DNA of 64,000 nt from Guillardia theta CCMP2712 (lineage: Eukaryota > Protista > Cryptophyta). The stretch covers positions 98,230-162,229 of the forward strand of contig NW_005434528.1 of the NCBI RefSeq assembly GCF_000315625.1, given 5' to 3'. The translations under genes were made by a program, and so were the position numbers. This document shows positions 10,461 to 22,560 of the stretch, piece by piece; the first letter of the stretch is position 1, and each line of letters opens with the position of its first letter. The notes beneath the pieces are model-generated. The model did no database searches, was not told the origin of the DNA, and worked only from the letters and a program-made list of their open reading frames with translations.

Positions 10461-10830
10461 TTAACAGCGCGCGGACCATTCGCCCGCGCCTTGAGACGCA
10501 TACCGGAATGCACCCGCGATGATGGCAGCGAAAGACAGGGAGGCCTTAAGCTGACGAAAGATCTTGGACCGGTTGCGTTTGTAAGTCGGATAACCTGAGA
10601 CGTCTGGCGAGGCCGAGAGGCCATCCAGCGCTGCCGTTTCCTTGTTCGCCGAGCGATCCGCCAGCCACCACAGAAAGCGCAACGCATCGTCCTGCAAGAG
10701 TCCATCAGTGCTGGCGATGATGGGAAGAAAGGCCTTTGGCGGGACGTGCTGGGCATATGCATTACGATGCTCTACTGACTGGCATGCCGGGCTCGTCGTC
10801 CCACTTTCCTCACGACATTGCCTCCTCCGC
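10461..10830 (-). mobile_element. 3' fragment of a CRE-like (restriction-like endonuclease) non-LTR retrotransposon
   Basis: Minus strand reads HRNAYAQHVPPKAFLPIIASTDGLLQDDALRFLWWLA, resembling the C-terminal endonuclease region of early-branching non-LTR elements. Confidence 0.5.
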
Positions 10831-11599
10831 TGGGTCTGGAGGAGGTTCGGGGAACCAAAGACCTCGGAAGCAGGCCGGATTTCATCGACCTACCTCCCAG
10901 AGGACACCCATCCATCAGCCTACAGTCAATCCCACATCCCCACCGCCCCCTCCTCATTCGGCAAATCTTTCGGCTTACTTTCACAATCTGCGTCCACAAG
11001 ACATGCCTTGTGGTATGTCGAATTGGCACAGAGCCCTCCCTATCTTTGCTCAACAGGGACCACATAAGCTTCCGGCGTGCGCTACAGTTTACGCTAGACC
11101 CGCTACAAGGTTACCCGGACTTGCATTGCGAGGAAGCTAAGATTATCCGGAGCTTGAACTTCGGACAAGCTTTTGCCAGAACTTCCATTCTTTCCTCGAA
11201 CAGTCTACGCCCTAAGGGAAAATGGAAATGGTGACTTCAGTTGCCTTCTTAGGATTGCCAGCTGAGAACGTCATTGTTGCACAGTCATAGTTGATCATGA
11301 TAACAGAGCGATGCTTCCCGTGAAGTTTGAAGATATCAATCCACTCAGGCTCGACAAGTTGAACAAGGCCGAGACAATGTGTCCCGCAACGCATGTTGCT
11401 ACCGTTTGCACGACAGAATCCTGGAGACAACAAAACTGTGGAACTGTCTGGGAAGTCAACAGGATCCTGGGTCCGCATTTCAGGCAATCTACGAGAGGTG
11501 AAGGAATTTATGTGCTGAAAGCTGAGATTGACCAGTCTGGGCAATCGCTTGTCATCGCAGCACAGTCAAGCAGCAGTCATTATACCGAGACGGCGATGC

Positions 11600-12110
11600 A
11601 GATATTCATCCACCATCTGAACGATAAAGCGATGTCGTATTGCAATATGCTTGAGGTTAGAAAATGCTCGACGGTCCTTGAACCGCTGCGTTGTCGACGA
11701 GAATGATGGTTGCATCGCGCTGTACAAACCCCAGCTCGAGCAGAAGAGATCGTAGCGTCCGTCAGTTGGAGCAACTGTACAACTCGGCTTCCGTACTCGA
11801 TAAGCTGACGACTTTCTGTAATTTGCTGGAGAAGTTAACTGGACTGCCGTTGAAAGAGATCACGATTCCCCCTTGAGAACGACGAGTGATTGAATCTGTT
11901 CCCCAGGTGGAATCGCTGCTATCAGAGTGTTGTGATAATATTGCTGGTTGAAGAACGTGCCCGATTGGGAGAACGTCAAGCCTTGTTCACGAGTATTGTA
12001 AACGAATTGAGTCAAGTGAATGACTGCCTTGACGTCGCTAACCCGAGGCTGTTTGGCAAACCGACTCAGCAGGCTGACCGCGAAACATATACGTGGTCTT
12101 GTTGCGGCGC
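11600..12110 (-). mobile_element. Ty1/copia RT C-terminus and RNase H relic
   Basis: TRPRICFAVSLLSRF, SQGGIVISFNGSPVNFSSKLQKVVSLSSTEAELY and KHIAIRHRFI match copia RT/RNase H motifs. Frameshifted. Confidence 0.8.
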
Positions 12111-12699
12111 GGTGCCAGGAGGGGCGGTGTATGATCTCGTTCAGGCTCTGCCTCATCTCCCTCTTCTAGAAGATCACGTTCTCCCGCAACGCAGTGGCGA
12201 TTCCCTTGACGACGAAGTGGCAGGGGTGGCAGGGGGACGGCGCCAGGAAGAGGACGAGCAGCACCAGCGCCACGCTCGCCGACCTCAGGCTCCCGCTGTC
12301 CCCTTCTCTGCCCGGTCGTGCCCGTCCCGCATAGCGTCGTATTCGCGCCGCGCGGGCAGCTCAGTGTGGTGGAGGTGAGGCTCGCGCGCTCAGTGCCCTC
12401 CCTGCCCTTCAACCCGACCAAACGCGCTGGTGACGGTGGAGGATGCGCGCTGGGACTGTGCGGGTCGGTGCTTCCTTGGATCTGGCATCCGATACGACGC
12501 GGTTGTCCGCGAGGTCATGTTTTCGGAAGCGGCTGAGGTCGGGGATCGGGAAGCCTAGCGCCTGCAGCAGCGACCGGGACTCGCAGGTCTTCTGGGCGAG
12601 TGGTCTAAGGGCCTTACGACGACCTGGGCCAGAGCTAGCCTTCTTCCACCTGCCGGAGAGCAGCTTCGAGATCCACAACATGAAAGGCAAGTTCCGCGC

Positions 12700-13260
12700 C
12701 TAGTCGAACTCTTGTCCCTGATAAAGTTGCCATGGAGAGAGGCCGTCCCGATTCGTCAGGTTTGGTAAACTCAGTTGAAAATCAGCGTTGCTTGTTGGAC
12801 CGAGAAATGCCAGAAACGCTGCGGAACTTGCGCCTGGTACGAGATTGCTCGATGGATCGTGGTTACTGTTCTGATCGCCCTCTCTGCTCGCCCGTTGGCA
12901 GCACTTGTGTAGTCCGGCGTAAAATTCCAGATAATATTTGCAAACTCCGATCCATTGTCGCTGACTACTGTCATGACCTTGGGTAGATCAAACTCTGCAT
13001 GACTTCCTTGGTTTCGCCTTTAGATGTCAGAGGAATAGTTATGATAAATCCACTGTACGACCAAGACGCGGCTACTTCTAAGATATCGATATCCGCCTTG
13101 GGCTTTGAGAAGTAGCTTCGCAAATTTGCTTGCACGACAGACATGACAAGGGCTCGCTGTAAGATGACACGGTTGAACTAAATGTGACCTTATTGTTACC
13201 AACATTCTTTGGATCCTGTTCGATGGATGTCCGAGCCTGAGATGCCAGACCACAGAAGGC
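12700..13260 (-). mobile_element. Ty1/copia GAG-pre-integrase and integrase relic
   Basis: WHLRLGHPS...PCHVC, VVSDNGSEF, TPDYTSAANGRAERAIRT and VPQRFW...ATLIFN. Confidence 0.8.
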
Positions 13261-13969
13261 ACTGGGCAGTATGGAATAGATAACATGTCCTCGCTGCTCA
13301 ATGATTTCAGTGTACAACGCCGCAGACATCTTAACGAAGATCTGCCCGGTCTCCAAAATTCGACAGCTCGCTCAGTTCTTGTTTGGCAACGACATGTCTC
13401 GGATCGACAGTTGAGCGACGCTGCTGCGAAGTCATGGAAAGTCATCTGAGCAACACTGATGACATTCGGAAGGGTTCACTGAATGTACAACTTAATCAGG
13501 GAAATTTTATATCCACATCGTATATCTGAATACTGAACTTCATGACAGGCTGAACCTCTGATAACATCTGATGAATGACATCAGCATCGAGCCTCGCATC
13601 ATCCCTATGTCAAGTGACATGGACGAGTCACAGGGATCCCCCAAGCAGAGCCAGGAGTCGCACATGATGACGACGGGGCCACAAGACAGCTCTCCCACCA
13701 TGATAAGTGCGGCAAAGAAGCTGTGGGGTGACAAGAGGAAAAAGTCGATGATGGAGGGATCAGTCCTGTTCAAAGCTCTGAATGTCAAAATTGACAAGAG
13801 CTGTTTTCAGGAGAGGAACTACCTCAGAATTCCGCTGGTCGAGCGCCGCGATGTTGATACAAGCCGCACGGCAGATGCAAGGGAGGTTGTGAAGACCGAG
13901 GAAGGAAGACGTCCCTGAACCTCAGAGTACAAGCCATGGCATATTACGATGGCAACCTGATGACATGAA

Positions 13970-14175
13970 TCGCGTGCAGACGTCGGCTGTGTATTCACTG
14001 TTGTACGAGCCGGATGGGCACTCCACGCATACCGCGGGCGCGGCGGTGTAGTACCCTGGCACGCAGAGACAGTCGCTCTGGTTGGTCGAGCCCGGGGCGC
14101 TCCAGGAGTTGGCCGGGCACCTCGTGCACTGCGCGTCCCCCGTGCTCGCGCGCGGTAGCGCCCCGGGCCGCACAT
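13970..14175 (-). pseudogene. Isolated Cys-rich repeat (GCC2/GCC3, ephrin-receptor-like) gene fragment
   Basis: CGPGRY / STGDAQCTRCPANSWSAPGSTNQSDCLCVPGYYTAAPAVCVECPSGSY. One frameshift; a GC-rich patch among TE debris. Confidence 0.65.
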
Positions 14176-14820
14176 GCAGTTGAGGATAGTGGTGCTCCCC
14201 TCTGGGCCCTTGTTTCCTTCGTTGGGGAAGCGAGTGCAGGGCTCGATACCGGCCGATGCAGAGATGAAGAAGCAGCCGATGAAGTCATACCTTCGATCGA
14301 AGTTATGAAATGATGCTGCCAGGAGTGAAGGAGGTTCCAGATGGGAAGAAGTCAGGAGGCTGATTGCATACTATGATGGAAGGAGGAATATCCAGCATGA
14401 GCAAGAATAATGCAGCTTCGGGCAAGACGACCAGAGACCCAGCATGACTTCACCTTGATGCCAAGCAGCAAGCTTCCGAGGCTACTCTATGCAAGGGAGA
14501 GAAGACTGGGGGACGACGCGCGAAGAGCCAACGGTGGCAAGTCAGTTGAAAGGTCTAGTCAAATTTGACAAGGACTTCGACGGGTTGGAGGTGCAAAGAG
14601 GCAACTGATCAGAGCAAGCCTCAGCTCAGGTCATGTCAATTAGTCGATGTGGCTCTGTGCACAAGCTCACGGAAAGGACAGCAACAGGTACAATAGGGAC
14701 GACGTAGCAGGATCACGAAGAAGACAGCAAGAACCTAGGACCCATGGATGGCAGCAGGTGATAAGCGAGTCAGCTCATATCAGTCTGCGACAGGACAGCA
14801 AGTGACAGGAATTATGGCTA

Positions 14821-14960
14821 GTGGGAAGTTGGAAGTATCACCCCTGCCAGTCATGGACATTGAAGGACAAGGGGTTCGATCAGAGAAGACTGAAGGCACG
14901 AGACCACCTCTCAGTAGGTTGCAGGGACACACAGCTTCTGTCAAGGCCAAGGGAGCAACT
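14821..14960 (+). mobile_element. Possible copia RT N-terminal relic in the opposite orientation
   Basis: SWTLKDKGFDQRRLKAR resembles the copia W-x-x-K-x-K...KARLV motif. Confidence 0.3.
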
Positions 14961-15110
14961 GTGTCAACTCGACAGGAAGCGTTGGATGAGAATCGAAGAC
15001 CTCGTCATGTCAAGCCTATGACTCTCTCTCAGGAAGCCTTCAGGGTATGGGGCTAGGACTCGGACCGGTCGAAGGATCATACCGCGGATACGAAGCGTAG
15101 AGTACCGGTA

Positions 15111-18100
15111 GTGGTAGTTCCTAGGACAAAGGAGAATGAGGTGAAGGGTCTCTGTGAGACTGGATTGCTTGAAGTAAATAAGCTTGAACATCTGTACCAA
15201 TCTCCCATCACCTCTGTTACTTCTCTGAATCCTGATATTATTCCTGCGCGGCCATCGGTGATCGCAAGTATCACCACTATAGATAGTGCCACGTCAAAGT
15301 TCGAGATCACTTGCGCGGGAAGCGGATACTACTTCAACGGAGTTTTCTTGTTGTCTGGAAACGCAGGGGTAAGACGCATTGAGGTGACGGTACAGGGAAA
15401 CAACTGCCCCTTAGGAACTACTGTCAATATCGAGTCTCCGAACCCAGCTGGAGCCTACATTGATGGTTTGACAGGGTCGACCTATGCGGGCCAGCAAGCC
15501 TCTGCGATTGTCTACCTGAATGGAAACAGTGTGTCTCAAGTGGTACTCCAGAACGGAGGTAGTGGATACATATCAACTCCTTTGGTTACTTTTCCGGCTA
15601 CGTGCAATGCTCAGGCGAGGGCGCACATCTCCCAGAACTTCTCGTCGAGCATTGCGATGAGATACGAAACAGGCAACACCTTCTTGTACGACTGGAGCAG
15701 AGACCAGACCGACACCTTGACGGGCCTTTACTCGTCTGAGTTCTCGTCTGTCTGCTTGTTCTCTCTCGAGACGGCGGCGAGCGGGTCAGCAGAGATAAAC
15801 TCTGGGTATGTGGCATCGATTGCCATTACCCACGCTGGTACAGCCTGCATGACCCCTACAATTACTGTGTCCGCACTGTCTGGGGTGTCAGTAGCTGCAC
15901 AAGCGAAGGTCAACGTGACGTACGGCGGGTATGGATACACGTCAGCACCATCACAGGTTGCGGAGGCGCGACTGCGCAGGCCTTCTTGAGCTACTCCAAC
16001 GTCGATGTGCTTGTCGGAGGATCAGCCTCGTTCTCCAGGTAGACTCTCGCAGAGAGGACGAGGTACTACTTCGCTACCTCGCTGCCGGTCAAGAGCTCGT
16101 ATGTGAAGGGATATGGAGTGTCGGGGATGGTAATCATCGGCGGTACGCTCGCGGGAGACTGCTACAGCTTTCCTTACGTGGTATCAGCTCTGCAAACTTC
16201 ATGGAAAAGCTACAACTGTATCCCATCAGTTCAGCGCTGTGCCCGACGTCGAGTTGCTATCCCATACCTTTACAGAGCATTGTTATAAACTATGAGCACG
16301 TATTGCAATTCAGTCTTTCATCAAGCCTCCTGACTGGGATGAGTCATGTTGAGTTTTCAATATACGACTCCAACGGCCTGTGGCTGCAGAAAGTAACCGC
16401 GGAAGTGCCTCATGACTCTCTTTCCATGAAGTTGTTGAGCGCTGAGTTCTGTCAGGTTTGCAATGCTAATTCAGTCTGTGCCAGTAACGGCGTTTGTGAC
16501 GATGGAGCTGTCAGTCTGCAGTTCTCCGAGTATCAGGGGATGAGGACGTTGGTTGCTCCAGCCATCGCAACGAGCACCGTCACGTTCACTGTAATGTACC
16601 ACGAGGCGATGCAAAGCAATTACGAGCTGTCGTTCGATGTCAAAGTTGGGCAGTTCTACCTGAATGTTATCTTCTGGAAACAGATCAGTGTGAGCGAATG
16701 GAAATTAGCAGCAAGAATACCCCAGTCATTGATTCCAGGGTTTCACCCCTGTGCCATTCACTTCCTTTGGGTTGATCCTGTTTACGCAAGAAGTGACGTG
16801 TATCAGTGTTTGCAATGGAGAGAGCCAGGTCACATTTAGCGTCCAGAACCTTCCGAGTGCAAGTTCATTGTCATACAACTATGAGCTTGACCGGGTTCGC
16901 AAGCAAGAAAGTCTTCATTTACACGTATAGTCGAGGTCCAAGATCTCCAAGGCGATCTGTTCGTCTACAGGATCGAGCATGCAGCTAACTTTCGATCAAG
17001 ATGCCACTGAATACGTTCCCTCGACTTGGTTTTCTTGCAGCAAATCTCTATCGTTCACTCCTGCTGCTGCCTCTACCTGTCTTCTCACTGGCAATCAGAG
17101 CGTGTTTGTTAACTTCAGTAATGCGCAGCCCTCGCTCCCCGGAGATGGTGTCCAGGTGCTGTCGTCTGCATCCTTGACAGCACCCAACGTCGTCAGCAAG
17201 GTAGAGTTCTCCTCAAGGCCAATAGGTGGGAACTACCTGCCTGTCATCCTCGGTCCCTCAACGAATGATTTCTGCACATCGCTCCGCCTGCTAGCGTCTG
17301 TTGAAAGTAGGAGGATCTCGAGATTCTTCTGGTCCTGCTCCAACAACCAGCAGCTGGACCAGCTCCTGCGCCAGAATCAGACGGACACGATAGACTTGAG
17401 CTTGGACGAGTTGACATTCATAGGGTATCAGCGCCAATACAACATCTCAGTTCAGGTAGTCGATGTCTTTGGTGTTGCAAGTGAAGTCGCACAACATGTT
17501 GTCTGGCAAACTCTCTCCTCTTCGATCTCTGCGGTGATTTCGGGACAAGCTGTCTACATGATGCATGAGGAAATACATCTGCGCGCAAAACTGTCTCCTT
17601 CCTCATGCTTGCAGCAATTTGACGATGTGATCAACACAACTCCAGCTGACATCTTTAATGTCACCAACCGTGTCGACTTGCAAATTCCTGCGTTTGCATT
17701 GCAAGTTGGATCTTACCAGGTGGAAATGACTGCATTCTTGTCCAACCGTCCATACTTGACGGGAGCTTCATCCTTCAGATTCGAAGTCAGGCAGAGCAAT
17801 GCCTACATGTATGTGTTGGGAGGCTCTCCAGTTGAGGCCTCTGTAGATCAATGGTTCAGATTGAACATGATGCAGATTAATCCTCAGCAAGCTCCTAGCA
17901 CGGCGACAACTTTCTCGTGGGTCTGAGTACAGCATGTTGCTGGCAATGCCCTTCCCTGCATCGACCAGAACACGTCGGCGTGATGTTTTCAAGCTCACAG
18001 ACTTTGTATCTGGGCATCAACAACATTCTGCTTGATCATGAGAAGATACAGGAAGGGATGATCATAGTCAACGCTATCGACAGGCTATCCTTCCAGGCGC

Positions 18101-18640
18101 TGCTGTCAAACTCGACAGGCGTCAGTTATGAATGGAGCATACCGATGAGCCAGTACACCCTCAGCAACCTTCCAGTAGGATCAAGTTCAAACCTCTTTGC
18201 GTTTATCCCCTCGGGAGGCATGTCTTTGAGAGAAGTGGCAGTCTACTCCATATATCATTGACAGCTGTTCGCGGTGCAGTCCGTGGATCTGCGCAGATGG
18301 AGACTACATTGATGGACGTTGACGTGCCGCCGTTGCCCGGTTCCTGCTCGTACTGCCTCAACACCACCTCCTCCAACATCAACCCGCTAGTGGACGTGCT
18401 TACTGTTTCTTGCGGCAACTGGACTGATGAAGACCCTCCCTTGCGTTACAACTGATTTTTGGCACGAGCCGACATTGATTTCATACATGACCTATGTGCT
18501 TGCCTCTGGATCGCAAACCATCCTGACCTTTCAGCCCAATTCGGCTCTAAGTCACTTCCAGCTATTGTACACAAATGTACTTCTGGTTTCACAGACCGAT
18601 CTTTGCACAGGAGACAGTAACTTGAAGCATCCAGGCTGAT
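15111..18640 (+). pseudogene. Fragmented surface-protein pseudogene: paralogue of part of the 4127-aa protein followed by a REJ/PKD-like region
   Basis: GVFLLSGNAGVRRIEV, AHISQNFSS and RDQTDTLTGLYS align with GVFMLEGQRSGIERIEI, AHLSHNFTS and RDHFDSLTGLHS of the giant ORF. Downstream frames give RFFWSC, LQIPAFAL, SYEWS and PPLPGSC...VSCGNWTDEDPPLRY (REJ-like). At least six broken frames. Confidence 0.7.
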
Positions 18641-19118
18641 CAGCAAGGCATGGCCTCGCCGCTTGAAGTGACGTGGAGCCAGCATTCGTTTCCTGTGCCA
18701 CAAGTCTCGTATTCTTCAACACACAGAAGTTGGATACAGGGCTTCTGCTGAGTCACCCTGTGTTGAGTCCCACCCCCTTGTTTCTTTACTCAAAGTTTTA
18801 AGTTAACCTTGCTGGTACGGGACGTTCCACCCCCCGCAGCAGGCTTCTCATGTAGGAGTCGCTCCCTACACGGGTGGGGTGGGGGTGGTCCAGTGCCGCC
18901 TCCTGCCGCCTATGCGCTTTAAGTGAACGACATATGTAAGGTTGCTGGAAGGTATTGCCATCGCTGCTCCTCGATCCTCCTGCCTTCCTGAAGACTATCA
19001 GATGAACCCTGCCTCTTTACCAGCTCGATTCAAACCTCCTCATGTCTTCCTGCCTTGTCTTCCTCTCCCTTCTCTTAAAGTGCTCTGTGCATGTTTCTGT
19101 ACTGATTCTTCATCAGCC

Positions 19119-20273
19119 ATGCGGGCTCTTTTATCCAAGGAGAATCGCGATAATTCATCAAAGTCAAGTGGACCTTCAAATCTTCGACCTTGTCTCTTCT
19201 CCAATCAGATTGTTCAGAAAATTCCTCCCCAACAAGAAGCTACAGAGTCCGGTGCAAGAAGCACAACGTCAAGGTTAAGCGATAATGCGATGGCAGAATG
19301 CGCTGACATGAAGCGCAACCTGACTCTTGGAGAGAAGATGGAAATCATCAAGTGCTATACTTCAACAAACCCTGAAGTTACTATGACCCATAGCCAGCTC
19401 GCAAAGATGTTTGGGATGAGCAGATCTGCTATTTCTAAAATTCTCAAGGCCGAGAACGTTTGCAGATTGAGACACATTACGAATTGTGGTCTTCATGCGA
19501 GCATCAAGCGCTATGCTCCCAACGATTCACATCTAGAACTGGAGAAGCGAATCCATGAATGCATCGTAGGGGCTGGGCTTGGATTTGGCGGCAGGTTGGA
19601 GATTCGCCAATACGCTATGGAAGTAGCAAGAGAGATGGGGTTGTCAGACTTCAAAGCGTCTCATGGCTGGTGCTCTCGGTTTATCAAGCGTCATGGTCTT
19701 ACAAAGACGAAAATCTTGGGTCGAGACGTGTATGTGGAAACAAACAAAACTTCGCTTACGACTGTATCATCTGCATCATCGCTGACGCAGAAGTCAGAGG
19801 CGCAGACTTCCAGCTCCTTGAGACATCGTGAGATGAACTTCAAGGTATCTCTTGTAAGGGGAGGGCAAGAAGATGTCTTCAGACAGCTGAAGTGGAGCTT
19901 TGACTTCGATCATCTTGACAATCCTGTAGGTGGTTACAGGATGGTGATGGAAGGACTTCAAAGTGCTTTCAGTGAAGATCTCAAGGGCATTCGAACGAGC
20001 TGCTTGCAGCTAAGCTACATAGATGACGATGGCGACAAGATCCTGATCAACTCCGATCAAGAGCTTGGTATCCTCCTCCAGGACAAGCCACAAGCTGCAA
20101 GGATCCGCCTTTATCTCCATGCAGTGTCAGGGTCAAACCGACCGCCGATGGGACCGGCCAGTGGAAGTCTACAGCAGATTAATGGAATTCAACCTCTTCC
20201 TCTGGACATGCTTGTACAGGCCTTGAAGTCTTACGAGAACAATCTTCTTATTTCAACCCTACCTGTTGTATGA
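19119..20273 (+). CDS. CENP-B/pogo-type tandem HTH + PB1 domain protein, copy B (384 aa)
   Basis: Same motifs as copy A. Start placed at ATG 19119 because both copies share the context TTCATCAGCCATGC. Confidence 0.85.
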   Translation: MRALLSKENRDNSSKSSGPSNLRPCLFSNQIVQKIPPQQEATESGARSTTSRLSDNAMAECADMKRNLTLGEKMEIIKCYTSTNPEVTMTHSQLAKMFGMSRSAISKILKAENVCRLRHITNCGLHASIKRYAPNDSHLELEKRIHECIVGAGLGFGGRLEIRQYAMEVAREMGLSDFKASHGWCSRFIKRHGLTKTKILGRDVYVETNKTSLTTVSSASSLTQKSEAQTSSSLRHREMNFKVSLVRGGQEDVFRQLKWSFDFDHLDNPVGGYRMVMEGLQSAFSEDLKGIRTSCLQLSYIDDDGDKILINSDQELGILLQDKPQAARIRLYLHAVSGSNRPPMGPASGSLQQINGIQPLPLDMLVQALKSYENNLLISTLPVV

Positions 20274-20962
20274 AACATGTTGGTCTGAAGAAAGAGTCAA
20301 ATTGCGCAAACAAGGCTCCTCGCTCAATTTTGCATTGGGGAATACTAGTAAATAAAACATGGTAACCATTCGAACTCCTCAATCGCTCTTGATTGCAAAA
20401 TTGTTGTAAATGTTCACATAATGTTATTACTTCATTTGGTTGCTGTCAAAGCAACATCTAAGACATACTTCAAGTTTTGTGCATAGTGAAGAGAGTATAC
20501 TTGACCTCTGACTTGCCACTTGTATTCGACCCAACGACCTATGACAATACATCCTGTCCTGATGCTGAGATCTTGTCGGGGGGGTCGTCATTTGTAAAAC
20601 TCCATTCAAACCATGTTTCAACAACGGAAGGTCGATCTCCCCTTACGGTAGGTACAGGTTGTTTCCACATGTGTGCTGATCAATGGTGACCAAAAGATTT
20701 CCTTGCATGTCTGCATCGGATGCATCGGATTGCTGCTGATCCAAAAAGCTTGATTGTACACAGTGAGTTATAACAACCATCATCCAAGATTGCGCTTCCA
20801 TCATCAATCACAAACCAGGAAGCATGGAGAATTTCAAAATTGTGTACAAGTGACATCAATAGTTGGCAGCAGGATTCTGAAAGTAATTGAATTAAGAGCA
20901 ATTGTGCTGCAAACAATCAAGAGATGATCGAATTCTTGAAGCAGAGGAAAAAAGAAGGAAAA

Positions 20963-21113
20963 ACTTGAAACGAAGGAAGATTCCCAGGGAGCACTCTCAG
21001 AGCAGGTGAGAGGTACAAGTGAACACATCACAAGAGGATGAAATAAGAGAGTCTTCCTCCCCCACATCGCCGCAACCCTCGTCTGCATGCTCGTAGCCCC
21101 TACCATCATCCCC
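20963..21113 (-). pseudogene. 5' remnant (signal-peptide region) of a third mucin-like gene
   Basis: MVGATSMQTRVAAMWGRKTLLFHPLVMCSLVPLTCSESAPWESSFVSS is nearly identical to the N-terminus of copy 2; homology stops where the repeat array would start. Confidence 0.85.
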
Positions 21114-22149
21114 ACCCCAATGCATCCCATCGAAGCTTCGAATGCCTCAAGTGAGACGTTTCCCGTGAGTCTTGTGGAGTACAACCCATTAGAAGCAGCC
21201 TGCTGGCATGCGAGGACCGGTTTCTCTTCCCTGCGAGAGAGTGAGCAAGGTTTCCTCTCGAAGAGCTGACGGGATGTTCAACATCTAAGGAGGAAAGCTT
21301 GTCAACTTCCAAGGAGAGATCACCCCTACTTTCCTCAGCCAAGAGACGGGTACGCCTGTCTCCTTCCTCGAAGGTATAAAAGGATCATCCTCGTCAGAAC
21401 CAGGTGGTCTTCTTTTTTTCGTGTGTGAGCAAGATCTGCCGTGAGGTTCTGGGAGGATATTTCATAGATGTCAGCATCAGGCGAACTTAGTCTCGTCGGG
21501 AACCAGAGCAACACTTAGAAGACAAATAGATGCATTGTAGGGCATTCAAAAACAAATACATTGCAGAAAGATGCAATGAAGATACTTCTTAACACTCATC
21601 CTCTCCTACTGCCTCCATTTCCCTTCCCCTCTCCCTCTCCCCATATCCTCCACTTATCATTCGTTTCCGATTTCTGTATTGACTGAAAAAGAAAGGCAAA
21701 CCGGAGCGAGTATACTGCATAAATCCGACAAACCCGCCTCAATAAAATACTAGGAAACGAATGAGGCAGCGAAAACCGCTACACCAACCACGCAAGCGAC
21801 GGCATGCATGACAAGCGGGGAAACAAGGATCAGGACAACGTATAACATGAAGAAGACCAGCCGTACCTGCAGTGAAGGGAAGAAAGGCCTTTCTTCCCTC
21901 GAGTCGTCCGAAGGAGGGGCTCCAGGGGGAACGGGCGGCTCGTCCGCTTGACGGAGGGTACCATCCAGCCGAGAGAACAGAGGAGGGGTCGAGAATGTCC
22001 AGGTCTGCACACAGGGTAGTAGCGCTCCATAGTTAGAAGCTGGCCGAGGCGATGTAATAAGCTGATAGACTAACTCCTGCTTGAGGTGTGAAACCATCCC
22101 CGCCCTCCCCAGCGGAGACAAGAAAGAAGAGCTGGCCTGGCCGAAGTCA

Positions 22150-22560
22150 ACGTCCGAGCCTCCGTCCGACACGGGCCCATCAAAAGCCTTGCCCAGCTCC
22201 AGAAGAACACTCTGGTCGAAAGCAGCGCATGCATCAGTCACCATTTCAGTATCGATGCCCCGTAAGAACTACTGCAAAGTTGGGAGGTGAGTAGCACGGA
22301 TAAGGTGTTTACATGCGAAGGGGTGTAAGGTACTCAGCGATCCCAGCTTGTGGAGGTCATCGTCAAGAGCCGCAGCTTTTCCTGAAGCCAGTGTCTGATG
22401 AAGCCCCTAGAGCCCAAAGGTATGCCTCCTAGCACCACCCCCTCCATCTCGACCGAGAAGCTCCGCAAGTGCGCGAATTCTCGCTTGATGAAGGCAATGC
22501 TGTTCGGCCCGCAGGGTGTCGATACGTTTGCATTGTTGGTTGGCAACAAAGTCCCTTCAC
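22150..22560 (-). mobile_element. CRE-like non-LTR retrotransposon RT relic
   Basis: EGVVLGGIPLGSRGFIRHWLQEKL followed by DACAAFDQSV resembles the post-YxDD G-x-x-x-LG-x-P-x-G and A-x-x-FD motifs. Frameshifted. Confidence 0.5.

Noticed and set aside
11000-11500. Possible second copia RNase H relic (SWQS, RHTTRHV)
   Set aside because: Motifs are weak and broken, so it was not called as a feature.
18785-18800. Recurrent TTTACTCA(A/G)AGTT motif (also ~10342 and reverse ~44753)
   Set aside because: Short, AT-rich and inconsistently oriented relative to genes; cannot be distinguished from chance or repeat debris.
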